Virus record (IMG/VR): IMGVR_UViG_3300012964_000007
Span: 1 to 44,003 of that record
Reading direction: 5' to 3' (one strand)
DNA from: a virus
Length of the DNA stretch: 44,003 nucleotides
Shown: piece after piece, positions 18,612 to 25,458 of the stretch
How the letters are laid out: every line of letters begins with the position of its first letter
How positions within the stretch are numbered: position 1 is the first letter of the stretch
Made by a program: the position numbers and the translations under genes
The notes under the pieces: generated by a model
Database searches by the model: none
What the model was told of the DNA's origin: nothing
What the model saw: the letters and a program-made list of their open reading frames with translations, nothing else

Positions 18612-19988
18612 ATGAAATACAAATACATATTCTTCACGTTTGATGGAATTGGAATGACGATCGCTGAGAAACTTCAGGCGGAGGGCAATGATGTTGTTGT
18701 TGCTCAGCTTCAAGATGTTAAGGAGCTCGGATTTCCCGACACAGAAAAGCCTGAAAATAAAAAGAAACGTTTGAAGCTTTATGATGGTATTCTGAAAAAA
18801 GTTCCTGCCAGCGTTGCCCTTAAGGCTCTTCCAAAGATAAAGAACAAGGACGAGTATTTCATCATTTTTGACTTTAATAACCTTTGGAACTATGGGGAGC
18901 AGGTCCTAAAGATGGGTTTTAAAAACATCTTTGCACCAACAAAGGAACAGTTCGACATGGAGAAGGAGCGCATCAAAGGGAAAGAATTTGTTGAAAAATA
19001 CTACACAAACCTTAAGGTGGCTGAGGTTGAGGAGTTTAAAACGGTCGAAGATGCAATTGCTTTTCTTGAGGACACCGAGGAATTCTGGGTGCTAAAATCT
19101 AATTCCGATAAAGGAGAGACGTTCGTTCCTTCCACAGAGAACGTTGAGTTTGCCACGGAGATGATCATCGACAAGTTGAAGGAGCAACAGAAGGACTATG
19201 AATCTGCTGGCTTTATCCTTGAGAGGCGAATCCCGGGGATTCGTGAATTCACGCCTGAAATGATGTTCTGGAACGGGGAGCCAATTCTCTACGCTGTTGA
19301 TATTGAGTATAAGCACATAGGAGCTGGCGCAAATGGAAGCCAGGTCGGTTGCGGGAACAATTTGATTATTAAGGTTGATAAAGAAGAAGAGGTAATCAAG
19401 ATGGCGTTTCCCACTATTGTGTACGAGATGGCAAAGAAGCATAAGGGTCTCTTTGTTTGGGATGCCTCAATTCTTTATTCCCCAGAAGAAGATGAATACT
19501 ATTTCGGTGAATTCTGCGCGAATCGTGTTGGTTGGGATTCGATTTTCTCTGAACTTGCGATGGCCGGAGGAGCGTCAATCTTCTTCGAAAGGATCGCAGC
19601 CGGAGAGAACCCACTTTCTTCGAAGTTTGGTGTGTCGGTGCGTGGGTTTAATGCAGAAAGTGCTGAGGACTCCCTTATGCTTTTCGGCAGAGAAGGAGAC
19701 ATTTGGGTGTATGATAGGTATCTTAAGAATGGACAGAATCGCACTACGGGGCTCGGAAAAGACCTTGTAGTCTTCACGGGTGCATCGAATGACCCCGAGG
19801 AGGCCGTGGATGAGGCGTATGATGCGCTAGAAGAGTATGCCTTCAACAAGATGCAGTTCAGACCAGAGTTTGATTTTCTCACTAGGGCATTCGACTCATC
19901 TATTGTCAATAGGTATGAAACATTCAACCATAAACTCTGGGAAGCTCCAGATTTCACTTGCGAAGATGATTCAGATGATGTAGAATAA
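18612..19988 (+). CDS. ATP-grasp-fold enzyme resembling PurD (GAR synthetase)-type ligases (458 aa)
   Basis: ATG 18612 preferred to TTG 18600. Rossmann-like N-terminus YIFFTFDGIGMTIAEKLQAEGNDVVV, central FWVLKSNSDKGETF, and GEFCANRVGWDS resembling the PurD EFNxRFGDPE block. Recognised from memory only. Confidence 0.5.
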   Translation: MKYKYIFFTFDGIGMTIAEKLQAEGNDVVVAQLQDVKELGFPDTEKPENKKKRLKLYDGILKKVPASVALKALPKIKNKDEYFIIFDFNNLWNYGEQVLKMGFKNIFAPTKEQFDMEKERIKGKEFVEKYYTNLKVAEVEEFKTVEDAIAFLEDTEEFWVLKSNSDKGETFVPSTENVEFATEMIIDKLKEQQKDYESAGFILERRIPGIREFTPEMMFWNGEPILYAVDIEYKHIGAGANGSQVGCGNNLIIKVDKEEEVIKMAFPTIVYEMAKKHKGLFVWDASILYSPEEDEYYFGEFCANRVGWDSIFSELAMAGGASIFFERIAAGENPLSSKFGVSVRGFNAESAEDSLMLFGREGDIWVYDRYLKNGQNRTTGLGKDLVVFTGASNDPEEAVDEAYDALEEYAFNKMQFRPEFDFLTRAFDSSIVNRYETFNHKLWEAPDFTCEDDSDDVE

Positions 19989-20040
19989 ATAAATGAGGGA
20001 AACTTCATATTCGAATAGTTGCAGTCTATCGGGGAGAAAA

Positions 20041-20067
20041 GCGTAACTTTACTGTTGCGCTTTTTTT
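20041..20067 (+). terminator. Rho-independent terminator after the ATP-grasp gene
   Basis: GCGTAAC-(6 nt)-GTTGCGC stem (one G-U pair) followed by T7. Confidence 0.6.
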
Positions 20068-20099
20068 CTTTTTGTTCTTTTAATTTATGGAGGTGTGCC

Positions 20100-20318
20100 A
20101 TGACTGTCATGCGTAGAGGTGGAGACGGCAAGCATTGCGTTGCTCCTCCCCAGACAAAGAAGTATCACTGCAAGCTTTCTTCTTGCAAGAAAGAAATTCA
20201 TCCTCGTATCACGGTAGGACTGAAAGGTGCAATCGTTTTCTGTTGCGCTGATCACTACTGGAAGTGGAAGGAAAATACTGAAAAAGAAGGAATGGTCGTT
20301 TTTGTTGCGAGTGAATAG
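20100..20318 (+). CDS. Small Cys/His zinc-finger protein (72 aa), FCS/TRASH-like style
   Basis: Strong SD (GGAGG 6 nt before ATG 20100). HCKLSSCKKEI...IVFCCADHYWKWK. Paralogous pattern to the next ORF. Confidence 0.5.
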   Translation: MTVMRRGGDGKHCVAPPQTKKYHCKLSSCKKEIHPRITVGLKGAIVFCCADHYWKWKENTEKEGMVVFVASE

Positions 20319-20401
20319 TTTTGGGGCACGCAACGAGTGATAAGCAGAACAACGCCCAACGGAGTAACGACACTCCCCCCTAATCATACAAGGAGTCAAC
20401 T

Positions 20402-20521
20402 ATGTTCAAGTGCACTCATTGCCGTAGGAAGATGAAAAAGGTTTATAGATTTTACCATAGGAATAGGAAATATTGTTCCGAAAAATGCTTCAGCAAAAGG
20501 AAGCGTGTGAAAGACTGGTGA
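20402..20521 (+). CDS. Small zinc-finger protein (39 aa), below the ORF-track cutoff
   Basis: SD AAGGAG 7 nt upstream. MFKCTHCRRKMKK...RKYCSEKCFSKRKRVKDW, i.e. CxxC ... YCSxxC. Confidence 0.45.
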   Translation: MFKCTHCRRKMKKVYRFYHRNRKYCSEKCFSKRKRVKDW

Positions 20522-20538
20522 AAGGAGGTGCTCCATCT

Positions 20539-20622
20539 ATGACTAGAGGGAAAGACCTCTCGGAACCTGCAATGCGAAGCAGATTAAACCGTACGTCGTG
20601 GTGCCTGAGTGCCCACAACTAG
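20539..20622 (+). CDS. Possible 27-aa ORF with a strong SD
   Basis: AAAGGAGGTG 8 nt before ATG 20539. No other support; it could instead be part of a structured 3' region. Confidence 0.2.
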   Translation: MTRGKDLSEPAMRSRLNRTSWCLSAHN

Positions 20623-20680
20623 GGAGGTCATTCCTCCCGCCGCCCACGATCCTTGTAGCACGAGGTCGGGCGGTTTTTTT
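20622..20680 (+). terminator. Tandem hairpins ending in a strong intrinsic terminator
   Basis: GGGAGG-tcatt-CCTCCC (20622-20638), then CCGCCC...GGGCGG (20640-20673) followed by T7. Confidence 0.65.
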
Positions 20681-20734
20681 ATGATATACTTAATAAGTAA
20701 GAGGAGTGCTATGGTCAGCAACTTCTCTTGCAGT

Positions 20735-20768
20735 AAAAAACCACCTACTTCGACCTAGGTGGTTTTTA
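20735..20768. terminator. Bidirectional terminator at the convergence point of the two blocks
   Basis: A-tract + ACCACCTA-(8 nt)-TAGGTGGT + T-tract. It lies 4 nt beyond the stop of the minus-strand lysin gene. Confidence 0.6.
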
Positions 20769-20771
20769 CAT

Positions 20772-21788
20772 TTATACAAGAAGTCCTGAAAGGGAGAATG
20801 ACTTTGTTACGCCCATTGCTGTAGCAACCTGCTCTGCATAACTTTCTGGGTCATTGCCATCTGTAGATGGAGCATAGATATGAAAGAATTGCTGGATAGT
20901 ACAAGGAGACGGAAATGTCCTCGATTTACCTCTCGCAACAAGAAGCAGTTGTCTCTTCAATGCGTCCAATCCGGCCTGGTAGTTCGGGAACACTGCAAAA
21001 CCATTCTTCTGACCAATGGAACCAATCTGCCCAGCATATCTAAGATTTCCCGGGTTACAGTTCCTAAAAGCTGGTGTCCCGTTTGGATAGTTTGGGTTCA
21101 CCCCGGGAGCGATATACCCCTCACGGTCTTGGATTGCCGCGCACATCTTATTAAGCAAATCGTTGTTAACGGGAGGCTTTGTAAGAGGAGCGGTAATTTT
21201 CTGGATAATTGTTGGCTTGTCTGATGTGTTCATAAATGGAAAATTTATTTCATTAAGTGCACCGGATAGATTTAACATGTCATAATCCCAATGGTGAGTT
21301 GTATCATTCTGGCCGGTAATCATGAATAGTGCGTGCAAGATTTCATGCTCAGCAAAGTGCTGGAATTCGTGAGACTGAACTTTTGATGTCCCCAATGTCT
21401 GTATGATATCTTCCCATTCATTTGCTGCGACTTGAAGCTCCACTGGTCCTTGGTCCTTGTCTGTTCTAACACCGCGGACAGGAGTTTTATCAGCTGGCCA
21501 TTGGATCATATTAACGAGGAATAGAACAATATCACTTGTTGCACCAATCGGTGTGATATTGTAATCGTACCAACTAGGATCTACTTGAAGAAGAACTGAA
21601 CCAGCCGGTGCGTTAGTCGACACAACACCTCCTATCGGAGAGAATGGGATATTGGGATAATTGGTGTGTATTACCGTTACTTGAAGATCAATCTTTGATG
21701 AAAAAAATGCCTTTATATCATCTATTTTTGACTGCAACGACTGCCACTGGCAATTATTTGCTACAATGAGTAATTTAATTTGCTTCAT
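20772..21788 (-). CDS. Putative cell-wall hydrolase: zincin-like HExxH domain plus a C-terminal NPGNLR domain (338 aa)
   Basis: HEFQHFAEHEILH contains HExxH. The C-terminal block FRNCNPGNLRY...FAVFPNYQAGLDAL...YAPSTDGNDPESY recalls a conserved uncharacterised domain. Last gene of the lysis-like cluster. Confidence 0.45.
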   Translation of the reverse strand: MKQIKLLIVANNCQWQSLQSKIDDIKAFFSSKIDLQVTVIHTNYPNIPFSPIGGVVSTNAPAGSVLLQVDPSWYDYNITPIGATSDIVLFLVNMIQWPADKTPVRGVRTDKDQGPVELQVAANEWEDIIQTLGTSKVQSHEFQHFAEHEILHALFMITGQNDTTHHWDYDMLNLSGALNEINFPFMNTSDKPTIIQKITAPLTKPPVNNDLLNKMCAAIQDREGYIAPGVNPNYPNGTPAFRNCNPGNLRYAGQIGSIGQKNGFAVFPNYQAGLDALKRQLLLVARGKSRTFPSPCTIQQFFHIYAPSTDGNDPESYAEQVATAMGVTKSFSLSGLLV

Positions 21789-22012
21789 TATTCATTCAAT
21801 TTACTTTTAACTTTCTGCAGATCCCCCTTTGCTGGCTTAATTCCGCCAAGAGACTCCGCTTTACCTGATAATTTTACGTTACCTCTTGAGTCAGTATGGA
21901 AGTGACCAGCACTCAACACTGGCTCCCCTAATGCTTTTGATTTGTGTGAGGTAGTCGAAGGAAACATCCTTATCTCGCCACTCTTCATGATAAGATATTT
22001 TCCTTTTTTCAT
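21788..22012 (-). CDS. Hypothetical protein (74 aa)
   Basis: ORF packed between neighbours, with its stop overlapping the next start. Confidence 0.4.
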   Translation of the reverse strand: MKKGKYLIMKSGEIRMFPSTTSHKSKALGEPVLSAGHFHTDSRGNVKLSGKAESLGGIKPAKGDLQKVKSKLNE

Positions 22013-22014
22013 TG

Positions 22015-22566
22015 CTAGAGATTGTTATCTTTGAGCACCTTGTACCAATCCGTGCTAATTTCTCTTTGTGCTTCTTGAAGAGTCATCGAACCAATACAAA
22101 CTTGCTTATGAAGGAAATTTTCTACAGAATCTTTCTTTTTTGCCCCACCATCGGCAACAGATGCCTTGTATGGTTCTGGCCACAAATTTTTTGGATCGGT
22201 AGGACTTCCGCCAAGCTCGAGGGAGATTATGTGGTCCTCCTCATAGTCAGCAGTTCTGATATCAGAATAACCATACTCCTTGATTTGTTTGATCTTAAGT
22301 GGTGTGGTGTACGAAACAGGAGGACGGATGCTTTTCGTTGACCAAGTTCCTGCTGGAGCACAGATATTTTTCTTTATGTTCGACTGAGTGATTCCCGTGT
22401 TTATTGCTCCTGGTTGAGTTGCTGGGTTTGGATAGATATCACTTGGACCGACACGAGACAAAACATCCGAATTGGGCGGCATTAAATGCTTCCCGCTTAT
22501 TGCAACTCCGGCAGTCAGTGCTACGCCTAGAGTGGCCGCAATAAGTTGTTTGTGAATTACCCTCAT
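22015..22566 (-). CDS. HNH-like nuclease-fold protein with an N-terminal signal/anchor sequence (183 aa)
   Basis: N-terminal hydrophobic segment LIAATLGVALTAGVAISG. C-terminal motif YEEDHIISLELGGSPTDPKNLWPEP, matching the DHxIPLxLGG...NLWP pattern of a common HNH family. Confidence 0.55.
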   Translation of the reverse strand: MRVIHKQLIAATLGVALTAGVAISGKHLMPPNSDVLSRVGPSDIYPNPATQPGAINTGITQSNIKKNICAPAGTWSTKSIRPPVSYTTPLKIKQIKEYGYSDIRTADYEEDHIISLELGGSPTDPKNLWPEPYKASVADGGAKKKDSVENFLHKQVCIGSMTLQEAQREISTDWYKVLKDNNL

Positions 22567-22569
22567 ACT

Positions 22570-22827
22570 TTAATTAGTAACAAACAACTTTCGAACAAGG
22601 CCATAAACTGTCTGCATTGAGTGCCATGCGGTAAAACCTACGGCAATTCCAGTAACGACTGAATCGACGATAACCTGAACTTGATTTGTAATTGGGGTCG
22701 CGTCAACACCCTTCAGGGCAATGAGCGATCCGATGATGCCGATGATAACCTTTGACCCAGACTCAATGGTAAGCGAAAGCTTTGTTGGGTCGATGCTTGA
22801 TGCGAATGCTGGCTTAATATTGTTCAT
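22570..22827 (-). CDS. Holin-like small membrane protein (85 aa)
   Basis: ATG 22827 preferred to the TTG 22887 start of the track ORF. Two hydrophobic helices (VIIGIIGSLIALKG, VVTGIAVGFTAW). Adjacent to hydrolase candidates. Confidence 0.45.
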   Translation of the reverse strand: MNNIKPAFASSIDPTKLSLTIESGSKVIIGIIGSLIALKGVDATPITNQVQVIVDSVVTGIAVGFTAWHSMQTVYGLVRKLFVTN

Positions 22828-22831
22828 GTTT

Positions 22832-22963
22832 TTATTTCTTAGCTTTAAATAATTTCTGATGCTTCTCTTTTGTCTGCTTAACGACAACTTTCTTTGCTTT
22901 TACCCTAATGTTGTCTTTAGCATTCTTACTATCATTCCCTGAACTCTTTTTTGTTGATACCAT
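22832..22963 (-). CDS. Lys-rich basic mini-protein (43 aa), below the ORF-track cutoff
   Basis: Hand translation: MVSTKKSSGNDSKNAKDNIRVKAKKVVVKQTKEKHQKLFKAKK. It fills the gap between flanking genes exactly. Confidence 0.35.
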   Translation of the reverse strand: MVSTKKSSGNDSKNAKDNIRVKAKKVVVKQTKEKHQKLFKAKK

Positions 22964-22967
22964 AAAA

Positions 22968-23153
22968 TTATTTCTTAGGAATCTTTGCTCCTGCCTTGCG
23001 GGCCTTATTGAGCATGATCGCGACCTTTTGTTTCTCAGCTGCCTTCACTCCCTTTTTTGCGGCAGTTTTTACAAGCACACGAGGAGGATTAACCTTTATC
23101 TCGTGACCAGCGGCCTTAATTGCCTTCTGGGTTTTAGTTTGTTTCTTTGACAT
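22968..23153 (-). CDS. Lys/Ala-rich basic protein (61 aa), histone-H1-like composition
   Basis: MSKKQTKTQKAIKAAG...TAAKKGVKAAEKQK...KARKAGAKIPKK. Confidence 0.45.
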   Translation of the reverse strand: MSKKQTKTQKAIKAAGHEIKVNPPRVLVKTAAKKGVKAAEKQKVAIMLNKARKAGAKIPKK

Positions 23154-23460
23154 CTTCTTTTTCGATAGTAAATTTTAATACCGGCTTTTCGACATAAGTA
23201 GCCGTACCTTTTTGCTCGGCGTCCTTTTTGAGCGCCTTTAAATCTTTCTCCATTATACTGATTTCTTCAGGATATGTCCATGTTCGGTAAGGGGAAAGTG
23301 TGAACTTTCCAGTCCCCTTAACATCGAGTTGTTCGGCCCCTGAAGAAGTCATTACCTCAAGAATTGATGGAGCGATCTCTGACACCCGCGCCTCCATGTC
23401 CTTAATCTTCGCCTTCAATTCTGCGTACTCAAGGAGTACATCTTTATCTATTCCGTTCAT
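23134..23460 (-). CDS. Hypothetical protein (108 aa) with an N-terminal coiled coil
   Basis: Clean ATG ORF next to the exonuclease module; no motif recognised. Confidence 0.5.
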   Translation of the reverse strand: MNGIDKDVLLEYAELKAKIKDMEARVSEIAPSILEVMTSSGAEQLDVKGTGKFTLSPYRTWTYPEEISIMEKDLKALKKDAEQKGTATYVEKPVLKFTIEKEDVKETN

Positions 23461-23464
23461 GTGT

Positions 23465-23854
23465 TTATATATACTTATTAATCTTTGCTTCTAGTAATTT
23501 ATCTCTATGTTCGTTGATATGGCATGAGCGACACAACCACTCAATGTTTTCTTTTCTATTATCTAAAGTATTTTCGTTCTTATGATGTCGAATCATCTGG
23601 AACCTTGTCTTTAGTTTTCTTCAATTCCTGCACGGTTTGGGGTCTTTAAAAAGTGTCTGGGCTCGTCTATTCCCGGCATTTTTACCTGCCTTGTCTCCAA
23701 GAAATGCGTGCTTGTTGCCAGCACCAAAACCTTTTAACCCCTTATTCCACGGGATATGACCAATCTTTGCAAGGCTCATCTTCTTTCGAGTTTCTTCAGA
23801 TGGCCTTATTCCTTTGTGTGATTCACTTATTTTTCTCTTCGTCTCTTCTTTCAT
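23465..23854 (-). pseudogene. NUMOD3 + HNH homing-endonuclease-like gene interrupted by one in-frame TGA (23621-23623)
   Basis: Track ORF 23621-23854 (SESHKGIRPSEETRKKMS, NUMOD3-like) ends ...PKPCRN-TGA. The same frame continues RKLKTRFQMIRHHKNENTLDNRKENIEWLCRSCHINEHR... to TAA 23465-23467, which is a full HNH motif. Confidence 0.55.
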
Positions 23855-24681
23855 AGTGTAATCTTCTTGATATCTTTGATTGCTTTTTCTTTTCCATCAT
23901 TAACCCAGTCATATACCTTAGAAAGATTTGCAAATGCCTTAAATGCACTTGAAGTATTAGGAACATCATATACGGTTACCTTGTCGTAGTCCTTTGACAG
24001 AAGTATAATTCTGGTCTTTTTGATCTTTAGTCCAGTCATATCTTCAAAGAATTTTTTGTAAGTTGCTACCTGCATTGAGTATCCGATTGGATCTATCTGG
24101 TTTGATGTTTTGTGATCCCACAGTTCAAGATTTCCTTTAGAATCTGCTGCGAGAAGGTCAAGCGTCCCCGCAGATTTGTATTTTTCACTTCCAACAAGAA
24201 TCTCTGGAGCAAGTGGGACAATATTGTATTTTTCGAATACAGCTTCCCCTGACCTGACGGCAGCATACACACGACCGTCAGAACCTTCTGGAACAAAATC
24301 TCTGGCATCTTTTGGCTTCTTTCCTGTTTTAATCCATTCTTTTTCATACTGTTCAAGGCAATCATGCGCTATCGTCCCTATGTTCCCCGCATCGTCTCTA
24401 ATTGCAGTGTAGGCAAACTTCGCGGTCTTGATGATTCTTTCTTTCTGCTCCTCATTTTCCTCCATGAAGAAATCAATCTTTTCGACAAGGTATTCAAGAC
24501 CCTTGCCAACTGCCCAAGGAATAAGATGTGGCTTCGATAGCAAGGATAGTTTTGTGGTCACTGAATCAACAACAACACCACTATCGCGGTGGCGATAATG
24601 GTGTCCTGATTCGTCATGTGCCGCAACCCAAACACCATCTACTTTTTCTTTGATGATTTTTTTGACTTGTGTTGCGTTCAT
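23851..24681 (-). CDS. PD-(D/E)XK (RecB/Cas4-like) exonuclease (276 aa)
   Basis: Motif GTLDLLAADSKGNLELWDHKTS (D ... ExK-type core). Sits in a recombination-module context. Confidence 0.55.
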   Translation of the reverse strand: MNATQVKKIIKEKVDGVWVAAHDESGHHYRHRDSGVVVDSVTTKLSLLSKPHLIPWAVGKGLEYLVEKIDFFMEENEEQKERIIKTAKFAYTAIRDDAGNIGTIAHDCLEQYEKEWIKTGKKPKDARDFVPEGSDGRVYAAVRSGEAVFEKYNIVPLAPEILVGSEKYKSAGTLDLLAADSKGNLELWDHKTSNQIDPIGYSMQVATYKKFFEDMTGLKIKKTRIILLSKDYDKVTVYDVPNTSSAFKAFANLSKVYDWVNDGKEKAIKDIKKITL

Positions 24682-24686
24682 TTGGA

Positions 24687-25043
24687 TTAGAACTCTGTGT
24701 TAGCGGGAGCCTTCTTCACATACACTTCGATACTTTTTGCTGGATGGAAACCTTTTGTCTTCGGAGGAATCTCCTTAACGAATTCAAAGCCAACAGTATC
24801 TCCGGGCTGAACTCCGTTAGTTCGACCAATAATATAGTCGCTCGTCTTCTTGATCCCTACATTTATAAAACCTCCATCCTTCTGCTTAAGAATAAAAACA
24901 CGCTGATCGGGGAACGTTGGATTCGTTGATGGCTTATCAAACATCTCAACTACTTCCCCCATAACACGCGCTCCGACTTTATCAAACGAAAACCAATTAC
25001 TCTCGGGGATATTCTTCTTATCAAACAGTTCTTTTTCATCCAT
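24687..25043 (-). CDS. Hypothetical protein (118 aa), possibly OB-fold-like
   Basis: Clean ATG ORF. The fold guess rests on the beta-rich pattern only. Confidence 0.45.
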   Translation of the reverse strand: MDEKELFDKKNIPESNWFSFDKVGARVMGEVVEMFDKPSTNPTFPDQRVFILKQKDGGFINVGIKKTSDYIIGRTNGVQPGDTVGFEFVKEIPPKTKGFHPAKSIEVYVKKAPANTEF

Positions 25044-25071
25044 GATTTTATTTGTCTAATTATCTGTACTA

Positions 25072-25194
25072 TTAATCTATATGACAAGTGCATTCGCACT
25101 CGTTGTAATCGCACCCTTCGTCCAGGTCACAATCACACCCAAAATCTTCTTCTATCTCTTCGAACTCATCATCATAAATGATGTCATCGTCCAT
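25072..25194 (-). CDS. Acidic Cys-rich mini-protein (40 aa), below the ORF-track cutoff
   Basis: Hand translation: MDDDIIYDDEFEEIEEDFGCDCDLDEGCDYNECECTCHID. Confidence 0.3.
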   Translation of the reverse strand: MDDDIIYDDEFEEIEEDFGCDCDLDEGCDYNECECTCHID

Positions 25195-25198
25195 AATA

Positions 25199-25366
25199 TT
25201 ACTTCTTTTTGTCGACCTTACTAATAATTCGGCTAACCATTTGCTCTGTCATATTCATGATAAAGGCAATCTCTTTACCCGTGAATTCCTTATCGTTGAG
25301 ATCGAAAATAATGCATTCTCTCTCTGCGAGAAGTACCCCTTTGAGCGGTTTTCTTATGTCAGCCAT
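25199..25366 (-). CDS. Small helix-turn-helix DNA-binding protein (55 aa), first gene of the leftward block
   Basis: Hand translation: MADIRKPLKGVLLAERECIIFDLNDKEFTGKEIAFIMNMTEQMVSRIISKVDKKK. FTGKEIAFIMNMTEQMVSRII looks like an HTH. Confidence 0.45.
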   Translation of the reverse strand: MADIRKPLKGVLLAERECIIFDLNDKEFTGKEIAFIMNMTEQMVSRIISKVDKKK

Positions 25367-25383
25367 AGAGAAAGTATATACCT

Positions 25384-25410
25384 AGTGGATAAAAAATCAA
25401 CTGTGGATAA
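25384..25410. promoter_or_regulatory. Two same-orientation DnaA-box sequences in the divergent promoter region
   Basis: AGTGGATAA (25384-25392, 8/9 match) and TGTGGATAA (25402-25410, the exact complement of TTATCCACA). Confidence 0.45.
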
Positions 25411-25418
25411 GTCCCTTG

Positions 25419-25446
25419 TTGATTTATTTTTGCACGGGTATATACT
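25419..25446 (+). promoter_or_regulatory. Sigma70-type promoter for the replication block
   Basis: TTGATT - 16 nt - TATACT, 12 nt upstream of ATG 25459. Confidence 0.4.
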
Positions 25447-25458
25447 ATGTGAATAACC

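Noticed and set aside
18612-20622. ATP-grasp ligase plus downstream small peptides as a graspetide-type RiPP cluster
   Set aside because: The ligase looks PurD-like rather than RimK/MdnC-like. A terminator separates it from the mini-ORFs, and these look like zinc fingers rather than Thr/Ser/Asp/Glu/Lys-rich core peptides. It is mentioned only as a remote possibility.
23621-23623. Genome-wide TGA reassignment (code 4 or 25) suggested by the in-frame TGA in the HNH gene
   Set aside because: All large conserved genes are intact without any in-frame TGA. TGA also works as the stop in many ATGA gene overlaps. A single interrupted selfish gene is better explained by a point mutation.
25178-25456. 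92-aa plus-strand track ORF in the divergent intergenic region
   Set aside because: The same DNA encodes two tidy minus-strand ORFs (a 55-aa HTH and a 40-aa acidic protein) that continue the leftward operon. The plus-strand ORF would run through the promoter and DnaA-box region.
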